Assembly: GCF_006345805.1 (NCBI RefSeq)
Contig: NC_042997.1
Span: forward strand, 143,282,001-143,346,000
Source of the DNA: Octopus sinensis
Taxonomy: Eukaryota
Length of the DNA stretch: 64,000 nucleotides
Direction of reading: 5' to 3'
In this document: positions 50,050 through 63,689 of the stretch, one piece after another
Position numbering within the stretch: position 1 is the stretch's first letter
How the letters are laid out: the number at the start of each line of letters is the position of its first letter
Made by a program: the position numbers and the translations under genes
The notes under the pieces: generated by a model
Told to the model about the DNA's origin: nothing
The model's input: only the letters and a program-made list of their open reading frames with translations
Databases searched by the model: none

Positions 50050-50775
50050 CACATGCTCGCGCGCGCATCTTTATGGTTGTGTTTGTCCACTACCATTGCA
50101 TGACAACCGTAGATTAGCGGTCCAGCGAAAAGAAACCTGGTGTATAAGTATGAGACTTAAAATAAGTACAGGGGTTGATTTTTTAGACTAAACCCTTCAA
50201 GACGGTATCCCGGCAGCGAGATTTTTTTCCTACTAGAGTTCCGAACTAAAGTTATGAACTCATTTGCATACAGCCAATCAGCTCAACTATCAAACTAATT
50301 TATGAGCGCATAACAAGTGATGGGCAATAAGATAAGGTCACTTGGGTAAGGAATGACCATGCTTTTCTCTTTTAATAATGCTTGTTGTTCTTGTTTCAAC
50401 CATGGCTGCCTCTGAGTGTGTTGTTTACTTTGTGAAACAGTAAGAGGAGAGGTTTGCTAGCACATCACCGTCTACACACATTTTTCCCATCCACATCTTT
50501 ACCATATGGGGCCCTAACAAAATCCGATAATAGGTATAGATGCTAATCTAATTACTTGTCTCCTAAAATCAGGCATAAGTTGGCGATCGGTCGATTTACA
50601 ACACCGTTCTTGAATGCCAACCTTTGTTAACTTGATACGGTCAAGGTGAGCTCTGATTGGCTGTATGCAAATGAGTTCGTTACTGGGGTCCGGAACTCTC
50701 GTGGGAAAAAAAATTCGCATCCCGGCATAGCCGCTGTCCGAAGAATGGAACAAATAAATAATAATTAAATAAAAC
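50050..50775 (+). mobile_element. SINE family A 3' part, split by the 503-bp TIR element
   Basis: ...gactaaacccttcaagacggt atcccggca [insert] atcccggca tagccgctgtc...; SINE tail resumes after the insert. Confidence 0.75.
50216..50718. mobile_element. 503-bp non-autonomous DNA transposon (Mutator- or Merlin-like)
   Basis: Perfect 9-bp TSD ATCCCGGCA (50207-50215, 50719-50727); ~70-bp TIRs sharing an identical GAACTCATTTGCATACAGCCAATCAG. Confidence 0.9.
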
Positions 50776-52017
50776 AAAAATATTTTAAATCTGTAATTAT
50801 CTGACTTGTACACAATTTAAATATGATGGCATTGCACATTTATTCAGTTTTTTTAAAAAGTAAAACTATGAAACAAAAAATGTAACCCATTTGTTGACAA
50901 GACGTGACTTTTACAGATTGGCATTACATGTACTGTATATTCAGTATTTTTAATGTTGATGACTAATACCAATTTCACAACCGAGGTTTGAAGAAACTGC
51001 CAATCTTGTGCCACAGACTTTTCCTTTGACTTTTTTCCTGCGACTTTTTCAGTGACATTTTGTTTTTTTCCCCAGTGACTTTTTGCGTTGGATTCATGTC
51101 TTGAGTCATGGGCATACTACAGTCTTCGGTGGTGGAAGGCCTTTCAGGTCCAAGGGGCCAATTCTGATCTGTATATGCTATGGCTTGCTATCAATAAACA
51201 CTACAGGCTCCAATGTATCGCTGTTCCTAGTGGGAAGCAGCCATAATGTTAAGTTGATTCTGACTACAAGTCTGGCTTTTACCCTCAGTTTACCTTGACT
51301 ATCTCAGAAACTCTCCCATTCCTCCTTTAAGTCGTGTCTTTTTGTTTTGGTAATCTTTCGTTTTATGATCACAAAATGAAAGTGGAAAATTGTCGTAAGC
51401 AATCGGTATTTAACAATTGAAATATCAAAAAAGGAAAAAAAACCTCCGTATCGTAATATTGTAATTTGTGTATTTTTAAACTCTGGAAATAAATAAATAA
51501 ACAAATTGAAAAATGCTGAAAATATTTGCTGGGGGAATTAAAAATTTGAAAAGTTTTTTTTAAATAAATTTTTCTCCGAAATGAATCTCCATTTGTTGAA
51601 AATCAAGAATCCAAAGAACTTTGTTTTTAATAAAATAAATAAATAAAAGGAAGGTAGAATGTTTTATTCGACACGTCTGTCTGGAGATTACTGAATACTA
51701 TCAATAATTCTCTTTTCATTTTGTGATCCTAAAATAAATAAATACCAAGTGTTCATAAATGAAAATCAAACATGAGGAAAATAAACGGAAAACGAAATCA
51801 AAAGATGTCAGAAATTGATACACATATATAAAAATAACTAGAACACTCTCGCCAACCCCAATAAAACTTAGCTTCTCAATAGCGTTTTATTTTCTACTAA
51901 AGTGGGTTTAGAAGTGTGCCTCTCCCTCGACTTTGTTTCCTCCTAACTTTTAGAATAATGGATATCTTTTTATGAAATTTTCTTAAAACATTTTACAGAT
52001 AGAGTAGATTACGATTA

Positions 52018-52408
52018 TATACTCTTCTACTCTTTTCAGTCATTTGACTGCGGCCATGCTGGAGCACCGCCTTTAGTCGAACAAATCGACCCCAGGACTT
52101 ATTCTTTGTAAGCCCAGTACTTATTCTATCGGTCTCTTTTGCCGAACCGCTAAGTGACGGGGACGTAAACACACAAGCATCGGTTGTCAAGCAATGCTAG
52201 GGGGACAAACACAGACACACAAACACATACATACATATATAATACGACAGGCTTCTTTCAGTTTCCGTCTACCAAATCCACTCACAAGGCATTGGTCGGC
52301 CCGGGGCTATAGCAGAAGACACTTGCCCAAGATGCCACGCAGTGGGACTGAACCCGGAACCATGTGGTTGGTTAGCAAGCTACTTACCACACAGCCACTC
52401 CTGCGCCT
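52018..52408 (-). mobile_element. SINE family A, young full-length copy
   Basis: Close to the 29762 copy; CpGs intact. Confidence 0.9.
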
Positions 52409-52591
52409 ATACTTACCACACAGCCAGGAATTCAATGTGGGAAAAAATTGGTGGGTGCGTACATAAATATTAACACATATATATATGTATCTTTGTATCT
52501 TTAAAATGAAACTTGAACTTTTGAAACGATTACGTGATGTGTCTGCTTGTATGTGTGTGCGCCCACTAATTTTTTTCGCCTTAAATTCCTG

Positions 52592-53283
<692 letters not shown>

Positions 53284-53346
53284 AAATTCGCCAGCGATAT
53301 AATTGTGATTAATCTGCACTAACTGGGAGATATTTGTAGAAAATTT

Positions 53347-53444
53347 GGCGAAGGTAAAGAATTCGCACACCCGGTTATTAGGGTTTAGGGTTAGAGTTTT
53401 TGTTACGCCGAAAACGGGTGGTGTGCGTATTCTTTACCTTCGCC
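53347..53444. mobile_element. 98-bp MITE with 25-bp GG-TIRs and a TTAGGG core
   Basis: GGCGAAGGTAAAGAAT(T/A)CGCACACC; perfect 8-bp TSD GAAAATTT (53339-53346, 53445-53452). Confidence 0.9.
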
Positions 53445-54095
53445 GAAAATTTGATTAAAACGTACTCATATTTCTGAAAGTTATGAGGAAACAAAGTCGT
53501 CTCGTGTAAATTTTCCGAAATACCCCTCGCAGTCTATGAAAAACCTTTGCATAACAAATTCCGATATAACCATAATCGTTGGCAGCTCGCTTCACCAAGG
53601 TGTCAGGTGATGCTCTTGAGAGCACTTGGCTTTTCCAACGCCTTGTTATATAATCATCACAACAAACATGAACAATCAACGTCGCCCATTGTCTCCCTTG
53701 ATAAAAGGACTTTCACTTTGTTTCCCGCCAAAACAATTAACTTGTACAACAACGGCAGTCGAATAAAGTATCTTGTATCGTTAACACGTTGTTTCAGTCT
53801 CTCTCATTTTCTTAATCTTTCATACTAAGTACTCACTACTTCCTTTAATACTCAATACATTATATATATATAACAACAACACGCGTTACCCTCGTCATCG
53901 TCCGTGGTAATGCTGCGAGCATGGTAGCTTGCTTCAGCAGGTTCCGTTGAACATTGTGTTGTGCAATTTTTTGAAGCACTTGGTGCTGCATTGATATATT
54001 TTTCTCTCTCCCCTTTTTCTTTTCTTTTGCGGAAACTTATATTATGGAAGAATCATGACTATGCTTTAGGGTTTAATATATCATATACATGCGTG

Positions 54096-54129
<34 letters not shown>

Positions 54130-55045
54130 AAATACTTTATATTAAAGGGAATTATCACTTTTGTGAACCCCATTCGTAATGTACATCATCTGAAAGGTAT
54201 TTGTAGAAAATTTCATTGAAAAACAACCATTGTTCTGAAAGTTATGAGGAAACAAAGTTGGTAGGCGGTCACGCCTATGTAGGTATGCCTAAAATGAATA
54301 AAGAAAACATCAAAATTTAGCAGCGTTTTATTTTCTAATTCTTTTTCGTATTTTGCATGAGTATCATAACTTCATAGTGTTTATTTTCTCACGTATTAGT
54401 AACTTCACTTTAGGAAATGACAGCGGGCGGATAAGTACTGTGCGTCATCGTTCATTCCTTGCCTCCTGTCACTTGCCAACGCAGTAACGATATTTACCAT
54501 TTCTTCCCCACCACTCATTCTTATATGTGAGGTTGGTTACTATGTAAACAAACCTGTTGCGTCATAATCCAAGTGTAAGCGGGGGAGCCTCTACTCAGTT
54601 CCACAACCTGTTAAAAATAGCAGCTAAATCTTCATCAAGTGACAAACCGTCGTCTTGAAATAAAAAGAAACTATATTTCTTGAATAACGAAGTTGTAGAT
54701 ACACTATTCCTAAAAATGAAGATGGTTTAGGTATCTAAACAACAATGATAGCTGTCACATAATTAGGCATAATGTTCTTTCCTGTCCTGAAACTTATATA
54801 CGACTAAATGCCTTATCATTTCTGCTTACTGAATGGCTAAATGTTATTTCTCTTTAACAGTACCCAAACCACTATTTCAGGGAGTGGATGTAAGGAGGTA
54901 TACCATGAGAGAGAGAGAGAACCCTTGTTTTGTTGCCACATGTTTCGAAGGAACTTCTCTTGATCAAACCCTCCCCCCTCTTCATATCACCACGTGTCTG
55001 GTGTAAAAAAAAAAAGTGGGAAAAATACTGTTCTGTTATAAATCA

Positions 55046-55423
55046 ACTAGCAGTATCGCCCGGCGTTGCTCAGGTTTGTAAGGGAAATAACTATAAAGCA
55101 TTTTTAGAGAGTTATAGCCAAAAAATAGCAAAAAAATGGAAAAAAATGATGGTAAATTTTTTTTAGAGTAAAAAAAGGTGGAGTTGCGTCCCCTAGACAG
55201 TTTGTGTTTCTGATTCTTGACCCCATGTCGAATTTATCGATTTTTTTCAGAACTGGGGGAACTTTTCAAAATTTTCGCTGCGTTAGTTTTGAATTATGAC
55301 ATTGGGCTATGTGTGTGTCAAGTTTCATCAGAATCGGTTGAAAGCCGTGGTCAGGGTGAGGGTACAAGCAAACAGACACACAGAAACACGCACAGACAAA
55401 CTGCCGTTTATATAGAGAGAGAT
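55046..55423 (+). mobile_element. Non-autonomous Helitron/Helentron-like element
   Basis: Starts ACTAGcagtatcgcccggcgttgc; contains aagtttcatcagaatcgg; ends acagacaaactgccgtttatatagag(ag)at; no TSD seen. Confidence 0.55.
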
Positions 55424-55486
55424 AACATCAGTGTAATATCAACTACCATCTTGCGCCCCTCTCTCCCTCTCTCTCTCTCTCTTATC

Positions 55487-55925
55487 TACAAGGTGCATTC
55501 CAGAAGTTTTGAGACTTTTTCAGTTGAGACATTTATTAATTTCAAAGAAGTATAAAACTCCCGACTTCAATGCGCTTATAGTGCTCCAACCACTTGGTGA
55601 AGGCCTCATGGAAGCCTTCCAAAGTAAAGGTGTCCAAGACCCTTGTTACAACCTCCTTTATCTTCTCAGTGTCTACAAAACAACTGCCCCTGAGGTTCTC
55701 CTTCAGTTTGAGGAACTACCAAAAGTCGCAGGGAGTGAGGTTGGGCTGCAAGGAAAGTGAAGGACAGTTTTGATGCCCATCAAAATCTTGGTTACCAAGA
55801 TGGAATTGTGAACTGATACATTGTCCTGGTGCAGGTGCCTCCATCCTGAATGGGAAAGCTCTGGCCTTTTGGGTTGAAATCTCTGTCTAAACTCTCTCAA
55901 AACCTTCACAAAGTACTATTTGCCA
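55487..55925 (-). mobile_element. Mariner transposon remnant
   Basis: TA + TIR caaggtgcattccagaagttttgagact; minus strand KRPE..W..LHQDN..H.S..V..L..I..PCSP (HHDNA and YSPDL relics). Confidence 0.85.
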
Positions 55926-56289
55926 ATGTGCCATGATGATGCATGTATAAGATTAAATTTGTCATGGCATATCAGCAATAGTTTTTATACTATTTATACA
56001 TAGTCATAGACTGGTGATTCAGGTATGTGATGTTGATGGCAAAATATTGTTATCCATCACTCTTTTACTCCTGAATTTGATTCAAGGTGAATTGTGTCAC
56101 CTGTCCATGACTTTCAGGTGTTTTAACACCCAGTGTTATGAATTAGTTTACCTCATGCACTATACTGCAGCAAATCTGGCAAACAAACACAACACATACA
56201 TTGAGTATGTGCGATCGATAATGTTTACAACACTAGTGCGGCTTTTAATTCATTATTGGATATATATATATATATATGTATATGAAGAC

Positions 56290-56622
56290 TTATGGCTCAG
56301 TGGTTAGAGCTTTGGGCTTACAATCATGTGGTTGTCAGTTCAATTCCCAGACCAGTCTGTGTGTTGTGTTCTTGAGCAAGACACTTTATTTCATGTTGCT
56401 CCAATTCACTCAGCTGTAGAAATGAGCTGCAACATCACTGGTACCAAGCTGTATCAGCCTTTGTCTTTCCCTTGAATAACATCGGTGGCATGGAGAAGGG
56501 AGGCTGGTATGCGTGGGTGACTGTTGATCTTCCATAAACAACCATGCTCAGACTTGTACCTTGGAGGGTAACTTTCTAGGTGCAATCCAATGGTCATTCA
56601 AGACTGAAGGGTGTCTTTACCC
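56290..56622 (+). mobile_element. SINE family C
   Basis: atggctcagtggttagagc...gtgttcttgagcaagacac...actttctaggtgcaatcc. Confidence 0.8.
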
Positions 56623-57486
56623 TATATATATGTTCACTTGCTATCAAATATGACCAATTTTCGAGCTCCTGTCCTCTTTCCTTTTAAACATGTAATGCCT
56701 ACCTTTCATGGGCTCTCGCAAAGATGAAAATATCTATTAGGTTGGCAAGGCCGAGATTTCATCTCTTATACACAAACCACTTGCACAAAGGACACAGCTG
56801 CATGGACAACCTTGGAATTGTAACCGTTTCTGTCTATACCATCTCTTCTGTTTGCCCTCACAAGCAAAGAAACTATGGACATACCAGATTTTCATTGTTG
56901 CACACATGACGCCTTGTACCCAACTTCAATTTCTCTGTTCTTTACCCCCCTTTTCTAGACTTCCTCTTTACACAACGGATAATTCACATCTGGTAGTTTT
57001 TCTTTATGCGGCATTTTAGATTGCATCTGGTTAACCCTGCAAAGTTTGGTAAAAGATACATTGAGAAATGGCAACGTTGTTTCAAGATAACACAGACAAA
57101 CATCAATGCTTATAGCTATAGATTTGATTAAGGCTTTAAGAATAGTACAAAGATTATTATTTTATTAGTTTTATTAGTTTTATTAGTTTTTTTAGTTTTT
57201 AGTTTTACATAATGGTTCTTTTCTGGTGATTTTCCACCAGTTCATAGATTTTTTAAAGACTGCAGTGAAAACATAATGGTTGAAAGTCTGAATGTCTTTA
57301 ATTACATGGAAGCAGAACATAGCCATGTCTGTTCAGTGAGGTGGTGGTGGTGGTGGTAGTGGTAGTTGTGGTTTGTTAGAGATTGTTGTGGTGTTAGTGA
57401 TGTGTGCAATGGTAGCTGTAAATGTTGTAGTGGTTGTATTGGTCAAGGAGTGACTATTGGTATTGCTGACTATGATATTATGAATC

Positions 57487-57812
57487 AAGGCTCAGTGGTT
57501 AGAGCATTGTGCTCACAATCATGAGGTAGTGAGTTCAATTCCCAGACTGGACTGTGTGTTGTATTCTTGAGCAAGACACTTTATTTCACACCCAGTTCAC
57601 CCAGTTGTAGAAATGAGTTGTGACGTCACTGGTGCCAAGCTGCATCAGCCATTGCTTTTCACTTTGGATAACATCGGTGGTGTAGGATGGAGAGGCTGGT
57701 ATGCATGAGTGACTGCTGGTCTTCCATAAACAACCTTGTCCAGACTCGTGCCAGGGAGGGTAACTTTCTAGTGCAATCCAATGGTCATTGATGACTGAAG
57801 GAGGTCTTTACC
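57487..57812 (+). mobile_element. SINE family C
   Basis: Same head and body as the 56290 copy. Confidence 0.8.
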
Positions 57813-57961
57813 TTTACCTTACAATAGTATGATTGGCATTGCGCTATGTATTAAATTAGTCACAGAAAAGGCCTGCAGTAAGCCATGCACCTTCACACAC
57901 ACAACAGATGTCTTTCATTTTCCATCAACCAAATCTACTCACATGGGCCTCATTTAGGCCA

Positions 57962-58275
57962 TCCCTGGCTTAGTGGTAAGGGTGTTTGGTTCACAATCAT
58001 AAGGTCATGAGTTCAATTCCCAGTGGTGCATTGTGTCCTTGAGCAAGACACTTTATTTCACGTTTTCTCCAGTCCACTCAACTGGAAAAAATGAGTTGCA
58101 CCTGTATTTCAATGGGCCGGGCTTGTTGCATTCTGTGTCATGTTGAATCTCCCTGAGAACTATATTAAGGGTATGTTTCTGAGGAGTGCTCAACCATTTG
58201 CATGTTAATTTCATGAGCAGGATGTTCTGTTTATCAGATCCACTTGGATACCAGTCATGGTAACCAAAGGACTGC
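57962..58275 (+). mobile_element. SINE family D
   Basis: tggcttagtggtaaggg head; gagaactatattaagggt tail. Confidence 0.75.
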
Positions 58276-58339
58276 TAGTGCATGTGTGTATGTGTGTGTG
58301 CATGCTTGCATGTGTCTGTGCGTCCATGCATGTGTGTGT

Positions 58340-58890
58340 TTTTGACTCATAGTTGTAAATTCATAAGATTGTGAGTTCAATTTTGGCAGCACATTGTGTT
58401 CTTGAGCAAGACACTTTATTTCACATTGCTCTAGACCACTCAGCTGGCAAAAGAAATGAGTCATGCCTGTAATTCAAAGGGCCAGCCTCGTCACATTCTC
58501 TGCTATGCTGAATCTCCCTGAGAACTACGTGAAGGGTATGCATGTCTGGAAGGCTATGAGCTTGCAGAAACGTTAGCACGCCAGGCGAAATGCGTAGCTG
58601 TATTTCGTCTGCTGTTACGTTCTGAGTTCAAATTCCGCCGAGGTCGACTTTGCCTTCCATCCTTTCGGGGTCAATAAATTAAGTACCAGTGACACACTGG
58701 AGATGATGTAACCAACTTAATCCGTTTGTCTGTACTTGTTTGTCCCCTCTATGTTTAGCCCCTTGTGGGCAATAAAGAAATAGGTATGCATGTCTGGTGT
58801 GCTCATCCACTTGCTAATTTCATGAGCAGGCTGTTCTGTTGATAGGACCAACTAGAATCCTTATGATTGTAACTGACAGAGAGCTGATCT
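58340..58890 (+). mobile_element. SINE family D interrupted by SINE B (58550-58782)
   Basis: 15-bp TSD GGTATGCATGTCTGG at 58535-58549 and 58783-58797. Confidence 0.85.
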
Positions 58891-59254
58891 TTCTGCAAAT
58901 CCACCATCCTAGATTAGTACTTTATCTATTAACCTCAAAAGAATGTAAGACAGAGTTGGCTTTGGTGGGACTGAACTCAGTATGCAGGGAGTCAGATCAA
59001 ATACTGCAAGACATTCTCCCCAACACTTTAATGACTCTGCCAATTTGCAATCTATTTTAAAAATCAGTCTTGTGATCCACATAAAGAAATCAATAATTAA
59101 AAGTAAAAACAAAAAATAAAAAAATAATAATCAATAATTAATTAGAGAAGAAACCTTAGACAAGTAAACTTTAACGAGAAACAAGTAAACTTAAGTTATT
59201 TTTATTTCAAGGACGTGATATAACATCTATGGCGGGATAGCAACAATAATAATC

Positions 59255-59425
59255 CGTTCTACTATAGGCACAAAGTCTGAAATTTTCAGGGAGGGGAATA
59301 GTCAATTTCATTGATCCCAGGGTTTGACTGGAGCTCATTTCACTATACCCTGAAAGGATAAAAGGCAAAGTCAACCTTGGTGGAATTTGAACTCAGAACG
59401 TAAAGAGCTAGGAGAAATGCCATCT

Positions 59426-59468
<43 letters not shown>

Positions 59469-59885
59469 CAACAACAACAACAATAATGATTTCAAATTTT
59501 TGCCACAAGGGCAGCTTGTGGGAGGGGATTGTGAGTTCAATGGCATTGACCCCAGTGTGCAACTGGTACTTATTTAATCAACCCTGAAAGGATGAAAGGA
59601 AAAGTCAACCTTGGTAGAATACCGCTAAGCATTTTGCCCAGCATGTTAACAATTCTGCCAGTTCGCCGCCTTTAATAATAATGATAATAATAATAATAAT
59701 AATGATAGTAATCCTTTCTACTAAAAGCACAAGGTCTGAAATTTTGGGGGAGAGGACTGGCCGATTATATCGACCCCAGTGTTTCACTGATACTTAATTT
59801 ATTGATCCCGAAACAATGAAAGGCAAAGTTGTCCTTGGCGGAATTTGAACTCAGAACGCAGTGACGAGCGAAATACCACTAAGCA
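59255..59885 (-). mobile_element. Chain of three SINE family B copies separated by (AAT)n
   Basis: Three aaaggcaaagt/gaatttgaactcagaacg-type blocks. Confidence 0.8.
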
Positions 59886-59929
59886 TTTCACATGGCCCAC
59901 CACCTTATGATAATGATAATAATAATCAT

Positions 59930-60034
59930 AACTGTAGTAGTAGTAGTAGTAGTAGTAGTAGGAGTAGGAGTAGCGGTAGTGGTGGTGATGGTGGTAGTAG
60001 TAGTAGTAGTGGTAGTGGTGTTGGTAGTAGTAGT

Positions 60035-60081
<47 letters not shown>

Positions 60082-60150
60082 CAGTAGTAGTAGTAGTAGT
60101 AGTAGTAGTAATAGTCGTCGTCGTCGTCGTAGTAGTAGTAGCAGCAGTAA
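59930..60150. repeat. (GTA)n/(GCA)n compound microsatellite
   Basis: Directly visible. Confidence 0.95.
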
Positions 60151-61379
60151 TTTAAAATTTTGGCACCAGGCCAGTAATTTCAGAGGAGGTGTAAGTTGTT
60201 TACTTCAACCTTGTATTCAACTGGTACTTAGTTTATTGATCCTGAAAGAAGAAAGACAAAGTTGATCTCAATGGAATTTCAACTCAGAACATAAAGACAG
60301 ACAAAAGTGTCACTAAGCATTTCACCTGGCATGCTAATGATTCTGCCCATTTGCCACCTTAATAGTAGGAGTAATTATAATGAGCTTATTGTATGTAGTA
60401 TTTAGGTGCACTACAAAAAAATAAAGAGTGAAAAGGAGGAGCAAAAGCAGCAAGTTAAATAAAGAGATGAGCAATGATGACCAAAAATGCATGCACAGAA
60501 CACAGAACACAGAACAAAATGCAAAAAGACAGAAAAGTGAACAGCAATAAGCATAATGAAAACTAAAAGTACATGCACAGTGAATGGTAAATGAGCCATA
60601 ACAAAGAAAGGGTGCATACATTGGTGTGTCAGGAGTAGTGGGCTGCAGTGCCCTGTCAGCTAACAATGGGTAAAAGTAGTTTATTCTATGCTTTAACAGC
60701 AATAATCCAACCATTACTCCTCCTATTGCTTATTGAGAAAGGTCTTGTTACTTTGACATAAGGTCCTTTTAATAAGAAAGAGTTTAACCTATATATTAAC
60801 ATTGATACTATTTTATAGTTACAAAGAGGTGAAAATCAAATTTGAGCTATAAAAATTTGAGATGTTTGTATATCTACTATGTAGATTTACATATATTATA
60901 TCATATCTTGATACTGTCTTGATTGGGCTCCCCATTGACCGACTTCTGACATTAAAGTGAATGAAATGAGAAATAAGGAAGGCTTCAAACAAAGCAGAAA
61001 GTTTTAAAAGCCTTTATATTTCATCTGCAAAGGCCTAGCTTCACAAGAATACAGTCAAAGAAACATGTATTTGTATAGATCCTGCAATTTTGGATGGTCC
61101 AAAATGGCATGATCTATTGTAGTACATTCATGTTGCTCTAATTAACTCAGCTGTAAATGATTAGCCCTGTAACTGAAATGTTGTTTAGGAGAAATGTTAT
61201 TTTGGTCAGTTATATGTTATCGAAAACATGTCTTAGGATTCAAGACAGTACTTACTTGGGTAATGAACCGTCTAAATCTTACAGCATTTGTTTTCGCTCT
61301 TTGCATACTTAGTTCAATTCCCACCATAGCCTATGTGGGTGGTAGACTTAATCCACTGCCTAGTGTAACATTGTCACCT

Positions 61380-62015
61380 ACATTAGCAGAGTCCACAGGG
61401 CTCGGTCACTTGTCATTGCTTCTGTGAGGCCCAACATTTGAAGGTCGTGCTTAACCACCTCATTCCACGTCTTCTTGGATCTACCTCTTCCACAGGTTCC
61501 CTCCACTGTTAGAATGTGACACTTCTTCACACAGCTGTCCTCATCCCTACGCAACACATGTTCATACCAGTGCAGTCGTCTTTCTTACACACCACATCTA
61601 ATGCTTCTTATCTCCTACTTTTCTCTCAGGGTGCTTATACTCTGTCGTGCATGCTCACTGATATTACACATCCACTGTATTTCATCTGCTATTATGTTCT
61701 GAGTTCAAATTCCGCCGAGGTCGACTTTGCCTTTCATCCTTCCGGAATTGACGAAATAAGTACCAGTTAAACACTGGGGTCGATATAATCAACTAAATCC
61801 ATTTGTCTGTCCTTGTTTGTCCTCTCTGTGTTTAGCCCCTTGTGGGCAGTAAAGAAATAGATATTACACATCCATGGAGCATACTAGCTTCATTTCTTTC
61901 AAGCCTACTCATGTCCTCAGCATGTCACAGCCCATGTTTCACTGCTGTATAGCATGGCTGTTTGCACACATGCATCATATAGTCTCAAGTGATTTTACTT
62001 TCTATCTTAGGTCTT
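61380..62015 (-). mobile_element. RTE-clade LINE 3' fragment split by SINE B (61675-61859)
   Basis: RLYDACV.TAMLY.SETW, RLERNEASML.WMC, RRLHWY.HV.R, GRGR.KKTW.EVVK.DL; TSD GATATTACACATCCA at 61660-61674 and 61860-61874. Confidence 0.9.
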
Positions 62016-62199
62016 AACGCCAATGTTGAAGCAAACTGACCAGCCAGAAATAACAGTCATATATTCCTCAAATCACACCCTAACATTTTTTTCAAACAAA
62101 TGCGATGATTACGGCCAGACTGCCTTTGACTATAGGTCTACAAAGTTAAAGTTGACCTGAGTGAGCTTAAACAACTTCAACAGCACCACTATTGATTTA

Positions 62200-62339
62200 C
62201 TCATCATCATCATCACCATCTTCCTCATCATCATACCATCCTCCTCCTCCTTACCACCATCGTCATCATCCTCATCATCATCATCATCATCATCATCATC
62301 GGCATCATCATCGTTATCATCGTCGCTGTCATCATCATT

Positions 62340-62372
<33 letters not shown>
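62200..62372. repeat. (CAT)n microsatellite / R-element tail
   Basis: Directly visible. Confidence 0.9.
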
Positions 62373-62374
<2 letters not shown>

Positions 62375-63689
62375 TTTACATTCACCATCCATGCTGGCAG
62401 GGGTTACATGATTCACCCCACAGTTTAGGTCAGTTGTTGATTTAATAATAATGTATACATTGCAAAATAACAACATGGATCTGTAACAGAAGCTATGTCC
62501 GATATACTTGGTACTACAGCAGCATGTTAAGAGTCCAAGCAATATTAATTATTTGGCTATAATGAAATAGCAATGTCTGCAATATATTTGATAAATAAGA
62601 GTAAATAATGTTTTATTGACAGTCGATGAACTGAAGACAAATGTGTGTTTCATTGATTGATTGACCGATAAATCCAGTCATGCCAGATATCTATGGAAAG
62701 TGTGTCAGGAAAGAAATTTAAGTTTCTTCTCATCTTATAGATTTTAGCAGTTGTTTTAATATCCTGTCGATGTGATGTAATTATTTGGCCTGTGGCTTTT
62801 ACATGTGACTGTTAGTCTTATAAACTATTAAAGTTCCTAGTTTCAAGACAGTTATTAGCATGAGTCTTGTGAAACTGATATTCATATCGGTCATCTTAGT
62901 AATATAGTTACTTGTCATATTTGATAAAGAATCATCTTCATCACCATCATTACCATCATCGTAATCATTTAATGCCCATGTTCTGTGCTGGCAGGATCCG
63001 ATGAGCTCAAAGACTGCTTCTTGCTCCAATGTCTGCTTTGAAATGGTTTCTGCTACCAGATGTTTTTTCTGATGTCATCCACTTTAATTTGTGTACTGAG
63101 TGCTTTCTTTTTTTGTGTGTCTCCAGCACTAGTGAGACTGTCATACAGTTTACAACACTACAAACCTCAAAGGGACAATTAAATGCAAGGAAATGAAGGG
63201 TAATAGAAGAGTAAAAGTATGAAAGGACCAGAGTAGAACATGTTTGTTGCTGCAGAAAAGCTACATGACTACTTACATTTTAGAAGAGTGGGTGAGAGTG
63301 AATATGAATTAAAATTCTGTTGAGATTGCTTTCGTCTTTCAATCTTTTCAGAAGCAATAAAATAGTCTGATATTGGGATTGATCTCAGTGGTTGTACCTA
63401 CTCCCTGCATTTGAGGCTTCGTGTCTTTGTAAGAAACTAACTCTTATGTTATTTAAAGCACTAGTACAATCACTTTGTGGTCAAGTGTTTGAGTGTTTGA
63501 TGAAGGAGCAGAAGCATAGGATTGCATTGACTATTTAGTCTGTCCTGCTGAGAACATGACAACCTCTCTAGTGCTGGTGTCATGATAAAGTGCACCCAGT
63601 ACATTTTGTGAAGTGAGTAGGGTTAGAAAGGCGGACGTCTAGAGGCGGGCGAAGGCTGATGATGATGATTATGATGCTGATGATGCTGA

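Noticed and set aside
51110-51300. KARLV motif suggesting a Copia RT on the minus strand
   Set aside because: Spacing to the next motif is off, no further RT motifs follow, and a five-residue match can arise by chance.
53378-53395. Interstitial telomere or chromosome-fusion site
   Set aside because: Only 2-3 TTAGGG units, inside a TSD-flanked MITE.
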